Source: Hydrolagus affinis (Eukaryota). Taken from it: 64,000 bases of DNA. Of the stretch, positions 30,301-39,653 are shown piece after piece. How positions within the stretch are numbered: the first letter of the stretch is position 1; every line of letters starts with the position of its first letter. The stretch covers positions 1 to 64,000 of the forward strand of contig JAAILG010000671.1 in the NCBI GenBank assembly GCA_012026655.1. Direction: 5' to 3'. Made by a program: the position numbers and the translations under genes. Below the pieces are notes generated by a model. The model saw only the letters and a list, made by a program, of their open reading frames with translations, was not told the DNA's origin and made no database searches.

Positions 30301-33300
30301 GGAAGATTGTGCAGTTGAATCTGAATGCTCTCCAAACTCTACAGCAGGATCAATCAACAATGAACCCATAGAATGTGTGAATGGAGCCTCTGGAATGGAA
30401 GAATCTTGCGCTGAATTCTCAGGGCCAACCATCGCAGTGGAAGAGTTTAGTGTTGAATTACCAGAAGCCAGTGCTCAGTTCTCAGAGGAAATCACTCCAG
30501 TGGACGAATCCAACGTTGAATGCTCAGGAGAACAACCGATCGCAGAAGAATCCAGGGATGAACTATCAGGAGACAGCCCTGAGGAGGAATCTAGCGCTGA
30601 ATTGTTAGGGGAAATCATTGCAGTGAAGGAATCCAGCGTTGAAAGGTCGGGGGAAATGCCTGTGGTGTTCGAACCCAACTCCCAATTCTCCGCGGACATC
30701 CTGGCAATGGACGAATCCAAGAGGGACCTTTCAGGGATTGCAGAGGGAGGCTTGGTGCCTAACCAAATCAACACCGCGAATTCAGGTGTGGTAGATGGAG
30801 CTTCCGCCACAGAGGAAGCCGGTGATCCATCGCCGGGGGCTGGAGACCCCCACGAGGGGTCCTCAGATGCCGCAGATGGGAAATCGTCTGATCCATTCCC
30901 GGCCGCTCTGATCGCAGGAACCCCAATAAGAATAGAATCATGCGTTACATCTCCAGGCTCTGCGGAACAAATCCCTGCCACAGACAATTCCGTGTCCGAG
31001 CCCCCGCAGGCCGCAAACGGAGTTCCTCCAAGGGAAGAACCCAGCCCAGTACCCCCGGGTGCCCTGGGGGACTCGATTGCTACGGGAGAGGCTTCCACTG
31101 AGGAATTGTCAAAGGGAATCCTTGCAACTTCAGGCGCAGTAGATACAGTCTCCACCGCAAAGGAATCCAACCCTGAATCTCTAGAATCCAAAGAGCCCGG
31201 AGTTTTCTCCGTAGCTACAGAAGCTGGTGATGCCGCTGCACAAGAAACTGAGGCCAAAGTGGAAGAGAGGATTGAACAGGTATTTTCTTTTCTGTATTCC
31301 CCCGAGCAAAATGAAGGTTTGACAAATTTGGGGGGAGGTGGGAGGGCAATTCAAGTTATTTTGTACAGTGCTGTACATCAATTTGGAAACAGTTCTTTTT
31401 TTTCTATATTTGTGAGCACAGTTTACATTGTGAAAGAATCGTGTGTTTGGGTGTTTAACAACATTTAAAAGCACAGTTTGCTGGAAGTTCCTGGGAGATT
31501 TAATGGAAACTTTCTTAAGCGATCTGGAAGGTCTGAGCCCAGTTATGCTCTACAATTAGTTGAATTTCACTGCTGCCGAGCCTACACCTGATGAGTAATT
31601 TCAGGCAGGGAACCACAGGTTTATTCGCCTGGTCTGAGGTTCCCTTTGTACTGCACATTTGACAGCAAACCAGAATCTGGGCCACAATCCAACTGAATAG
31701 ATACATCATGTTCTTATTTATTTATAGATTCCCCCAATGCCCTGTACTTTGTGCTGCCATAAAGTGTTTTTTTTACTCAGTAGCTACTCAGCAAAAGATC
31801 CTTAATAATATTATAGGCTTTGTTTTTTAAAAAAAAACTTTAAAGGGACAGTAGTTTTATTATGTTTTTTTTGTTTTTTTTAGCGGTTATTAAGCCTTCA
31901 AAACATATCATTCCTCCAAGTAGTCTTTTTAAACTTGTCAACGTGCTTCTGGAGTAAAGCTTGTTTCGCCGAAACTGAAAGAGCTATTCACATTGAATCT
32001 ATTACTCTTCAAGTCAAACTTAGAGTCAATGGAACAGATATTATTATTTTAAAACCTTAAAATCATCCTTTAACTAATATAACAGGGAATATGGTTTGTT
32101 ATGTAGTGAAGAGAATTCCCACTCTAGTATGTTGATGACTGCTGATACATTCTTCTATTCCCCCCACCACCCAACCCCTCCCCGATATCTCCTCGTGTTA
32201 AGGATGATGTTCCAGTGAGCGGAGAGCACGAAGCTAATGATTTAGAGAAACAACAGTTGTTGGCTGAGGAAGAAACGAAACTGTACCCGGGTTGGTATAA
32301 GTCCGGATGCTGGACCTTGGTGAATGCTCCTTTGTTTGCCACAAGTACCAAAGAGGCTGCCACCTCTCAAGACACAACGACAGAGAACACGTCACAGCCT
32401 GAAGCTATCTTGGCTCCAGTTGATGCAGAGACTTCCAACGCCATGATCACATCTGATCAAGACGCAGAAATACCATCACCTATGGCGCAGGTCAGTGGAT
32501 AAAGGTGTAACAATCAAATGTTCTAGCGCTAACCAGGGTCTCCCCAATCATCGTCCACTTCAGTGTCAGGCTGTCATTCATCTGTCGGTAACTTTTGGCT
32601 GATCCACATTCTGCCTTCCTTGCAGCAAAGAGCACTATTTGAATACAGCTTCTTTATTGGAGTTTAGGAGCTGTTTGGGAAATACGGCATGGAGCAGATT
32701 TGTTCGTTCCATTTCAGTAACGTTAGCCATATGGGGTGTGAGACTCTAAACCATCTTGAGGTGAACAGCCTAAGTTAAAGAGTTTTGGTTTTTGGTTTTT
32801 CCTGCCAAATTCTAAGAGACTTGGTAAAGCTTTAAGGTGCCACAGTGACTTTTGGATTTTATTTTGGTACAATATTGGCAGACCAGAATTTGTCAAGGTC
32901 AACGAGACCAGGTTGGTGACAATGACGGTTTCTAAGTCTCTCGCCTTGAATACTATTGTTACACTTATTAATTAGGCATGATCCAAACCGTGGCAATATC
33001 TCATCATTTCAGAATCTCTGCTCTCTGTCTTTTACTTCACTGCTCCTGATCCAATGTATTTTATAAACGCAAAGCAAACATGAAAATGATGCTTCTCATC
33101 TCCAACAAGGGATCTGGACCTTTGTTAAATATTTAGAAAACCTGTACATCACCCACCCAATCTGGCATCCGCAAGTCACAAAATATACAGTCAGTTCACT
33201 TTACGGTTATACTCTGTGAAGCGCTTTGAGACGTCTCGAAGATGTGATAAGGCGCTGTAGCAAATGCAAGGATTATTATACATTATTATTGCTGGGTGTA

Positions 33301-34783
33301 GGCACTGGAATGTGATCCTAGGTAACAATTTCAAATTGTTTGCTGAGAGAGGAACATATCAATCCAGGTTATCTGCCGGCTATGATCTCAAACTGGAAGT
33401 GGTGTGGTGTGGCTTTTAACATAAATCATTATTACCAGAAATAAACCTGACCTTAATACACACCAAGAATAATTGTTTTGCTTATGATTTTCGAGTGGAA
33501 ATGATCAACTGAATTCTAATCTCATGTGTGTGCCCTCATACTACCACTAATAATAAAATACCTGGATGAATTACAATAAAACCTGCAACATTTAGTATGG
33601 AACAATAGACCAGTTGAGCACGTTACTAATGCTTTATTCAAGACTGATCCTGTTTATGTTCAGGAAAAGCTGCTGAGTGGAGACCAAGCAATTTTCCAGA
33701 GCGGAGGAAGGCAATCAGCAAAAAAAAAATTTAAAATTGTAAGTATCCTTAAGTGATTCTTGCAAAGCTTGGAGGAGCAAACTAGAGGGCAGCAAAATAG
33801 AGAACAGGGAACTTTTTTTTTTGCTGCCTACACTATTATGTTTATGCCTAAGAGACATAAATATGAAGAAACACTAAATTATGGGAGAAGATATCCAACT
33901 AAAATATCCATAGATATTATTGGGTTGTCTGAGATTTCCAGACTTCTGTCAATAGTGCTTTTTGTTGCAAGGATGAACTTGTCTTTGTATTGTCATTTGT
34001 CTTCATCCCAAATGTCCTGGTCTGTTGTTCTTCACTAGGCTCTAGGCTTTTGCCTTTCAATTTTGCTGATGATGGTCATACTACACAGCCTTTGAAATAG
34101 GAATGAATACATGGCTTTTACATGGAAGGGGTTGAATGGACTTTTAATGGAAAAGGTATTAGTATTTGTAACCTTACTCAGATTTTTTTTAACAGAATAT
34201 TAACGTAATAACGAGAGCGATGGGGGTGGGCAATTTTCATATTATGCCTGTGCTATCTGTGTTAATATTTGAAAGTTAATACATGCTTCATTAATTCATT
34301 GCCATTTCAGGTATGAGCATCTTCTTGTGCTTCTAAATGATAACAAAATAAATAAAGACACATATCTTTTTGTATGCGGAATGTGCTACACAAACGTAAT
34401 TTTGTACTTGTTGTTGTATCTCTGCACTTATTATTTGACATTATCCTTTAATCCAGCACCTTGGGATTAGGGTTAGGGTCTTGCTGACGTGAAAGGTGCT
34501 ATACAAATGTAATTTTGTATCGTATGTTTATTGTCCAGTTTAAGATGCATTGCCTTCTTTAAAGCCTAGTAGTATTTTTACTGATTTAAAACTGATTCCA
34601 ATATTTTTTTTAAAAAAAAGATCCAAAACACTCAATGAAGCTACTTTATTCTTTTCTCAGATGGAATGTTCAAGTTCCACAGCAACAACGTCTGGACAAC
34701 AGACAGCAAGTCATGAACCGACCACACCTGATCCAGCTCGCCATTTATTCTCCTTTTCCTGGCTGAATGCTCTTACTAAGTAG
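24208..34783 (+). CDS. TRIM101: Muscle RING finger (MuRF) E3 ligase, TRIM55-like, probably MuRF4/TRIM101; join(24208..24375,25334..25482,25983..26148,26256..26351,28971..29204,29308..29330,29428..29552,30243..31279,32203..32490,[33664..33738],34661..34783), 802 aa (827 with optional exon)
   Basis: RING ([31 protein letters not shown]), MFC box ([21 protein letters not shown]), B-box2, coiled coil/COS, acidic tail, YPGWYK motif and terminal [12 protein letters not shown] as in TRIM55. All splice phases are consistent. The family call is firm; the paralog name rests on synteny. Confidence 0.85.
24480..24828 (+). mobile_element. Full-length tRNA-derived SINE with internal (CA)n expansion
   Basis: TAGCTCAGGGG...ATTCGAATCC head, same body, ...aaggattattatta tail. 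Confidence 0.85.
25334..25482 (+). CDS. MuRF exon 2 ([50 protein letters not shown])
   Basis: Pyrimidine tract plus tag| acceptor, donor AG|gtatga, 149 nt. Confidence 0.9.
25983..26148 (+). CDS. MuRF exon 3 (B-box2)
   Basis: [35 protein letters not shown], 166 nt, GT-AG. Confidence 0.95.
26256..26351 (+). CDS. MuRF exon 4 (coiled coil)
   Basis: 96-nt exon, cacag| ... GAG|gtaact, the typical TRIM 96-nt coiled-coil exon. Confidence 0.93.
26464..26797 (+). mobile_element. Full-length tRNA-derived SINE nested inside an opposite-strand copy
   Basis: TGGCTCAGTGGTTAGAGCACTTGCCTTGCAAG...ATCGAATCC head and (TTA)n tail; host halves at 26441-26463 and 26798-26906. Confidence 0.88.
28971..29204 (+). 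CDS. MuRF exon 5 (coiled coil)
   Basis: 234 nt, ttacag| ... CAG|gtagat; [20 protein letters not shown]. Confidence 0.95.
29308..29330 (+). CDS. MuRF exon 6 (23-nt microexon NAKPMTAK)
   Basis: ttcacag| ... AA|gtaagt; the canonical TRIM 23-nt exon, required for frame. Confidence 0.92.
29428..29552 (+). CDS. MuRF exon 7 (COS box)
   Basis: 125 nt; [26 protein letters not shown]. Confidence 0.93.
30035..30190 (+). mobile_element. 5'-truncated SINE (similar fragments at ~21935-22065 +, 27687-27860 -, 33170-33290 +, 41243-41385 +, 55530-55620 +, 56430-56525 -)
   Basis: Shared caattggctgccg...cacaaatatacagtcaattcactttacag...gcgctatatcaaatgcaagg sequence. Confidence 0.75.
30243..31279 (+). CDS. MuRF exon 8 (1037-nt acidic, low-complexity exon)
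   Basis: tttgcag| acceptor in phase 1 opening with [13 protein letters not shown], open for 345 codons to CAG|gtattt. Confidence 0.85.
32203..32490 (+). CDS. MuRF exon 9 (contains LYPGWYK motif)
   Basis: ttaag| ... CAG|gtcagt, 288 nt, phase 0/0; motif matches TRIM55 FYPSWYK. Confidence 0.82.
33664..33738 (+). CDS. Candidate MuRF cassette exon ([25 protein letters not shown])
   Basis: gttcag| acceptor, |gtaagt donor, 75 nt, stop-free in phase 0. Confidence 0.5.
33880..34085 (-). mobile_element. Possible RTE-clade LINE 3' remnant
   Basis: Minus strand retains a decayed KIE.K..R.....W motif resembling the RTE ORF end; recognised by eye only. Confidence 0.3.
34661..34783 (+). CDS. MuRF last exon (...[17 protein letters not shown])
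   Basis: ttttctcag| acceptor, TRIM55-type C-terminal motif, TAG stop. Confidence 0.92.
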   Translation: MECSSSTATTSGQQTASHEPTTPDPARHLFSFSWLNALTK

Positions 34784-35442
34784 AGTAGCACGAGAGTCCT
34801 TCAGTCAATGGTGTGCTAGGGAAACATTAAAACAGTGACGGGGGGGTGTGGGAGTGTCGATGTTGGTGAGTGAAGTGAGTGGTTAAGGTCACTAATATTG
34901 CAGAAATATGGTATGAGCTTTAAAGGCCAAGAATTGGTCTGTGTCCTTTAAAGAAATCCAATTTGATCTAAAAAGAAGGTATGAGCACCTTACAGAGAAT
35001 TGTTCTACTGAGATACAAGAATGTGCTTTAGTGTTAGTTCCAAAGAGCTCAACCTAATGTGTTTAGTCACTAGAATACTTCATTAAAGAGTGACACTTTC
35101 TGCTTTGTTGATTGTGCAATTTATATTAGTCTGGCAGGCAGTATTGTAAGGACTGTGTGTAGTGCTGGTATATTCAGGAGCATGTGGTTAGTGTAAGATC
35201 TACATTTTAACTATCAGCAGAAACTGGAGAAATTACTAAAAAATAAAAAGGGCCATTCATATCAGAAAGCAAAATCAGATTGAAAATGGGTCACCACGGA
35301 GGGTTATGGATATAGGAATTGTGTTCCTGAAAGATATTTTAATATATTTTTACTTTAAAATGGCGCAATGATGTGCACATCTTCTTTGAATCGATTTAGG
35401 ACAAAATGTCAGATATCTACAATCATCTGTGGGTTACGTTGG

Positions 35443-35448
35443 AATAAA
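35443..35448 (+). terminator. Probable poly(A) signal of the MuRF gene
   Basis: AATAAA followed ~35 nt later by a U/GU-rich tract. Confidence 0.45.
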
Positions 35449-36397
35449 TTAATTCATATCCATATGATTGAAATGTGAAGCTTTTTTTCTTGTGAGTGTT
35501 TTCTGAATAATTAATGATAATGAGAGTCCTTCTCTGATAATGCTTGTGCAACTCAAATTGCAGAATAATTTTATTTAGTGTGAAACGTTTTTCATGTGCT
35601 GCAAACTACCAATTACCCAAACTACTCCGCTATCCAAAACATGAATAAATGAAACCGGGGAATGCATTACTTTGTTCATCTCAAATAATACACATTGAAA
35701 GTCTTCAACTCCATTACCCCAGTCCTTGCCAAGTTCCACTGGCTTCTTAATGCAGAATAGATCAATCTCAAGATCCTCACATTTACTTAGACACCAATTT
35801 ACCTCCCAGCACCTCTGCCTTCTTCCTATATGTCCTTCAACCCTCTGTTCCATATCAACGTTTTCAGCCACTACACCCAGAAACTGTGAACTTTCTGCCT
35901 CATTCGCTTCACCTTTCCCCCTCCTTGCCCATCTTCAGATCGCATCTGAAGACCTCCCTCTTTCCTGTGCCTAAAGTCACCTCCCCTCTCTCCCAGGTTC
36001 AGCATCAAGCTCTGGCACTGTTTACGCTCTCTGAGCCACTACTTACTTGAAGGGCGCTATACAAATCCAGGTTATTGCTGTTGTTTTATCATAAAGTATA
36101 CTGAGGTTGTAACCAATTTCTGTAATATTCTACGATACAGAACCAGTCAGTGAGAAGTGAGCTAAAACAGCAGACAAATCACCAGCATTTTGTAGCGTTC
36201 TTATCTAAAGCAACAAGTTTATTATTATTAATTTTTACTGATTCCGTAAGAAAGTACAAGCTTTAAGTAACAAGTAGCAGACAGCAATGAAAGTGTCGAA
36301 CAAATGAACTGCATCTGTCTTTACACATCCCATGGAATGCAGCATCCTAAGGCTTGATCTTTTGTAAAAAAAAACAAGTCATTTTTTTTTACTTCAC

Positions 36398-36413
36398 TTT
36401 ATTTCACTTTATT
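36398..36413 (-). terminator. Tandem poly(A) signals of CRH2
   Basis: Two AATAAA on the minus strand (36398-36403, 36408-36413) produced by a 10-bp duplication, ~165 nt after the stop. Confidence 0.6.
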
Positions 36414-36575
36414 TGAAAGAGTAATCCATAAGGTTTGGACACAATGTATACGCTGGATTGAAGTACAGATTTTTTTTTAGCATTTTACTTCTAACACTCA
36501 ACGTGCATTATGCAATATTGATGATAAGTATTGGACATGGAACTTAAATGGACTCGTTTTCAAATCGAGACATTG

Positions 36576-37043
36576 TCACTTCCCTACGCTTTCCATCATC
36601 AGTCTGTTACTCTGTGCTTTGCGAGCCATCTTCTCAGCCCTGGCCATGCCTAGGAACTCTCTCAAGAGATGGAAAGTGAGGTCGAGAGAGGTGGGTTTGG
36701 AGTTATACCTCTTAGAGCGATAGGCGGACAGTTCGTCTTTGCCTCTTCTTGGGACGTCGGCGGCGCTCCGCAGCTTCGAGTGGAAATAGCCCAGAGTAAA
36801 AGATTCACTTACCAACGGAGGCTCCTCACTCTCCCTGACCGACGTGGGTCGGCCAGAGAAACCCTGGAGCAAACTGTGACTCAATGGCAGAGGTAGACTG
36901 TAGCCCAGGCGTTCCCCCACACCGGGCTCCGAATCACTGTCAGAGCCAAAGCCCTCGGTATTTGGACTTCTTAACAGATGCAACGTTTTCGCAGGTAGGA
37001 AGGCGAACATCAACAGGGACATCGCCAAGACGGGTGTGTTCAT
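36576..37043 (-). CDS. CRH2: Corticotropin-releasing hormone 2 prepropeptide (155 aa); mature 41-aa peptide YNSKPTSLDLTFHLLREFLGMARAEKMARKAQSNRLMMESV-NH2 at 36585-36707
   Basis: Hydrophobic signal peptide, RSKR cleavage site, SLDLTFHLLRE family motif and GK amidation signal. KPxSLDLTFHLLREFL is CRH2-like rather than SEEPPIS (CRH1) or DDPP (urocortin/urotensin I). Confidence 0.92.
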   Translation of the reverse strand: MNTPVLAMSLLMFAFLPAKTLHLLRSPNTEGFGSDSDSEPGVGERLGYSLPLPLSHSLLQGFSGRPTSVRESEEPPLVSESFTLGYFHSKLRSAADVPRRGKDELSAYRSKRYNSKPTSLDLTFHLLREFLGMARAEKMARKAQSNRLMMESVGK

Positions 37044-38145
37044 TCTCCACCAGTGGCTTAAATTGGACTCTCTCTTTTTTTATTTTTGGGGAGAAAAAAA
37101 ATACGCAAACAACAGAATGTATAATAATGTATAAAGGTAATCCAGACACACCAAGGCAAGGCAGATAGGTACGCAGCAAAGTCTCAGGGTTAGAGTTAAA
37201 CACACACACAGAGACACACAACCACAACTCACAGTGTTAATTAAACACAATTGTTGGCACTGGGGAGGATTCAATTATTTGGCAGCTGTTGCTTTGTTAA
37301 AGTCATATTACTCTGTGTTCAGTCTCAGTCGATTGGCTGTAAGGTTTGTCAATTTGCGGTAGTCACTGTGTTCAGTATACTGTCACACATTCACAAACTG
37401 ATTTAAATGATTTCCTCCCCATTCCTCCTCTCCCCAATCACCAGACATCAATGCGACACCCACAATATAAAATAATTAACTTAAAAAAACGTTGAAATGG
37501 TTTTCCTTATAATTTTCAATCCCAAATTGCCACTTCCCTGTGTTTCAGTCGTGTATGTACAGTATATGGCATGATGTACATTTACTAAACAAAAAATCAT
37601 AATCACTTAATTTTTTTTAAAAAATCGTGATGTCTGCATTGTTTTTTGACTTTTACAAAATATATCAATTTGTATAAAAGTAAATGTCGATGCTATGATT
37701 CTATACTACTGTACTATCATCTTACAAATTTATCTGATATACAGTATTATTATAACATGACAAGTGAAGTTTATGCTGCCTTTTGAAATTAAAAAATTAT
37801 TGCAGCAATCGTAAATAAAGCAGTCTGATCAGCTAAAATTAGATATGCTTTGACACCTTTGAAACCACATAGTTTTACACTGACACTCACCCATTCCCCC
37901 CACCACCTCCCCACCTTCCATCAAACAAACGCCTTGTCTCAAATCTAACAGCAGCCAACTTACTGTGAGTTTTGCTTCAGTTATCTCTGTTTTTTTCCCC
38001 TCTGTTTGTAGGAGCTCTGAAATTGTCAGGGATATATAAAGGGGATGTAGCGTTGCAATCACAATCTTTTAGATATATATACATAGAGAGAGAGAGAAAA
38101 AAAAACAGTCCAGAGAGAGAGAGAGAGATATAAGAGAAAAAAAAC

Positions 38146-38245
38146 CTTTCAACTTGTCACTGGTGAGTTTTAGGTGCATGAGAGTGAAACTGAGATGTTT
38201 CACAGGTCTTAGGAATCAAGTCATCAATTCTCTCAATACCTTTAA
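38146..38245 (-). other. CRH2: Candidate non-coding exon 1 of CRH2
   Basis: Lies just downstream of a TATA run (~38260-38275). Weak donor GAAAG|gttttt at 38145, acceptor near 37074. A two-exon layout is typical of CRH genes. Confidence 0.4.
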
Positions 38246-38257
38246 ATACCTTCTTTT

Positions 38258-38375
38258 TAATATATATATATATAAACCTCCCCCCACCCCCCCCCTCCAA
38301 AAAAAAACCATATGAAGAATTAAGATGACATTGACGACATTCAAAAGGATGTATTTGGTGGTTTTACTGACGTAA
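38258..38375 (-). promoter_or_regulatory. Putative CRH2 promoter: TATA-like run, CRE half-site and CRE-like TTACGTCA
   Basis: TGACGTAA at 38368-38375, TGACG at ~38332, (TA)n/TATA at ~38260-38275. Confidence 0.5.
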
Positions 38376-38489
38376 GAATTTTTTTTTTAACCAATGATGG
38401 ATTTGCTGGCTTTTATTTGGCTTTGTTGAGTTGAAACTATAATTAGGAGCTAGAAATAATAAGATACTGTACTTGTCTGTGTTCAGAGC

Positions 38490-38510
38490 TGTGCTGTCCA
38501 GGGTGCTGAA
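38490..38510 (-). promoter_or_regulatory. RE1/NRSE (REST/NRSF binding site)
   Basis: Minus strand TTCAGCACCCTGGACAGCACA versus consensus TTCAGCACCnnGGACAGCGCC; both half-sites intact with the canonical 2-nt spacer. Confidence 0.85.
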
Positions 38511-38606
38511 CAGCAGCCACCTCCAACACCCAATTTGAATTCAGATTGAACCAATTCAAATGTTCATTACTGTATCATCAATAAAAACAATCATAGTACT
38601 GTAATA

Positions 38607-39610
38607 CTAATCCTTGCATTTGATATAGAGCTTTTCACTTCTTCTGGACGTCTCAAAGCATTCGGTGGCTTAGTGGTTAGAGCACTTGTCTTGCAAGCTG
38701 GGAGACCCGTGTTCAAAATCCAGGCAGGTCAGGGCGAAACCTTGGGCAAGTTTCCTTACTCCACACACGCGCCTAATAATAATCTGTCCCCCAAAAAAAA
38801 ACCACGATAATAAAATTGGACATTTCAATCCACGACTGTTTGTGTGGAGGACGCTGCTGTGCGCAATTGGCTGCCGCGATTCGCTCACAAATATATACAG
38901 TCAATTCATTTTACAGTATATTCTGTGAAGCGCTTTGGGACGTCGATAAGATGTGAAAAGCGCTATATCAAATGCAAGGATTATTATTATTATTAAGGTC
39001 AAATTATAATCCTTACATTTGATATGGTGCTTTTCACGTCTTCCAGACGTCTTAAAGTGCTTTACAGAGTACATATCTGTGAAATGAATTGACTGTATAT
39101 TTGTGGGTAAAACGCAGCAACCAATTGCGCACAGCAGTGTCTCTACAAACAATCGTGGATTGAAATGACCAATTTACTACAGTTTTTATTTTAGGGATTA
39201 TTATTAGGCGTGCGAAGTAAGGAAACTTGCGAAGGTTTTGTCCTGCCTGGAATCGAACCCCGGTCTCTTGCTTGAATGGAAAGTGCTCTAACCACTGAGC
39301 TACAGGTCTCCACAAAATGCCAGGACTACACACCGGCCTTCCATACACAAACCTCCCTAAACAACAAGGAGCTGACGAGGCTGTATTCTCATTATCCGCC
39401 TTTGTGGTTTGGCCCACAAAATGTACAGTCAATTCACTTCACAGTGTATTTGGTGAAGCGCTTTGAGATATCTCCAAGATACAATCAAGCAAAATGCAAG
39501 GATTATTATATCAAATGCAAAGATTGTTATTATTATAGTATATTCTGCGAAGTGCTTTGAGATGTCTCGAAGACGCGATAGGCGCTATATCAAATGTAAG
39601 GTTATTATAT
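38607..39610. mobile_element. SINE cluster: (-) tail 38607-38663, (+) copy 38664-38995, (-) copy 39006-39312, (+) 3' fragments ~39404-39610
   Basis: Same family as above, read directly from the sequence. Confidence 0.85.
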
Positions 39611-39621
39611 AGTATTTTATA

Positions 39622-39653
<32 letters not shown>

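Noticed and set aside
30475-31257. 260-aa minus-strand ORF
   Set aside because: Antisense shadow of the Glu/Ser/Pro-biased MuRF exon 8; no independent start context, splice signals or domain.
36576-37043. Calling this gene CRH1, urotensin I or urocortin
   Set aside because: The mature N-terminus YNSKPTSLDLTF and REFL fit CRH2, and DNAJC5/UCKL1 synteny differs from the CRH1 and UCN loci.
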